Of a stretch of DNA of 64,000 bases, positions 63,679 through 64,000 are shown one piece after another (position 1 is the first letter of the stretch; the number at the start of each line of letters is the position of its first letter). Position numbers and translations under genes: made by a program. Under the pieces are notes generated by a model, which was not told where the DNA came from, made no database searches, and saw only the letters and a program-made list of their open reading frames with translations. The stretch is taken from IMG/VR virus record IMGVR_UViG_3300023257_000007, positions 248,001 through 312,000 of that record. One strand, written 5' to 3'.

Positions 63679-64000
63679 ATGAAACATTTAAAAACATATG
63701 AAAATATAAAAGATTTTGACAAAAATAAAGAAGATCTAATAAAAATGACAGTTAAATATCGAAATGAAATTGCTGATAAAATTTATAGTCTTGAAAAATA
63801 TACCAAATCTAGAATAATAGAAATACCATTTAATTCTCATCCTAAATATGATTTAATAAGAATTGAATGGTGTGATGTTGAAAAGATGACAAGTTTTGAT
63901 ATTGATATTGATATTTGTGCTGTTGGTGAAGGTTTAAACCACCTTGTTTTTTGGTTAAACCAAGGAAAAATTACTAAATCTCGTAATTTTAATAAGAAAG
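63679..64000 (+). CDS. N-tagged hypothetical protein, partial (runs off window end)
   Basis: MKHLKTYENIKDF...DKIYSLEKY..IIEIP, similar to the 25219/26013 family. Confidence 0.75.
   Translation, partial: MKHLKTYENIKDFDKNKEDLIKMTVKYRNEIADKIYSLEKYTKSRIIEIPFNSHPKYDLIRIEWCDVEKMTSFDIDIDICAVGEGLNHLVFWLNQGKITKSRNFNKK

Noticed and set aside
1-64000. Stop-codon reassignment (TAG or TGA), as in some large phages
   Set aside because: Coding density is high under the standard code. TAG and TGA terminate tagged genes exactly after the tag (e.g. 986, 2082), and read-through does not repair the broken genes.
1-64000. tRNA or rRNA genes
   Set aside because: No cloverleaf-compatible GC-rich segment, T-loop GTTCRA context or rRNA-like sequence was seen by eye. 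A tRNAscan/Aragorn run would be needed to exclude highly AT-rich tRNAs.
1-64000. Eukaryotic giant virus (NCLDV) origin, suggested by LRR/ANK content and AT richness
   Set aside because: Operon-like ATGA/TAATG coupling, bacterial-type TnpB with IS605 ends, PcfJ, PspC and T4-like N-terminal signals fit a bacteriophage better, and no NCLDV core gene is in the window.

Overview
Very AT-rich, gene-dense window made mostly of small ORFs (80-160 aa). They are arranged in alternating strand blocks, with frequent ATGA/TAATG start-stop overlaps typical of prokaryotic translational coupling. No capsid, terminase, portal, rRNA, tRNA or CRISPR array is visible. The best reading (inference) is an accessory region of a large or jumbo bacteriophage, with a weak hint of a Bacteroidota host. 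Recognisable genes: AAA ATPase, a minimal GluRS-like protein, a PolB-type 3'-5' exonuclease, two TnpB nucleases (one with intact IS200/IS605 end hairpins), a domain-permuted PolX, a PcfJ-domain protein, an ankyrin protein, a Nudix hydrolase, ADP-ribosyltransferase-like proteins, a HEXXH peptidase, an N6-adenine MTase, an Mrr-like nuclease, an SF2 helicase, Pth2, PspC, CoaB and a truncated CoaC. The dominant unexplained structure is a system of terminal peptide tags on otherwise unrelated proteins. (1) C-tag A = (E/N/T)-(A/S/G)-x-K-(M/L/F)-(G/N)-L-(L/I/Y)-stop, on about 60 ORFs by manual count. (2) N-tag = M-K-(Y/H)-L-K-T-Y-x-E, on roughly 35 ORFs; it resembles the T4 internal-protein capsid-targeting sequence and usually lies downstream of a TTAATATATA promoter-like motif. 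(3) C-tag B = R-K-x-K-L-x-R-(I/V), on a smaller set. The cargo includes a family of short-LRR proteins with constant caps and 2-9 swappable 60-bp modules, plus one scrambled, inverted LRR locus. Several genes carry single frameshifts, so assembly error cannot be excluded and some pseudogene calls may be artefacts.
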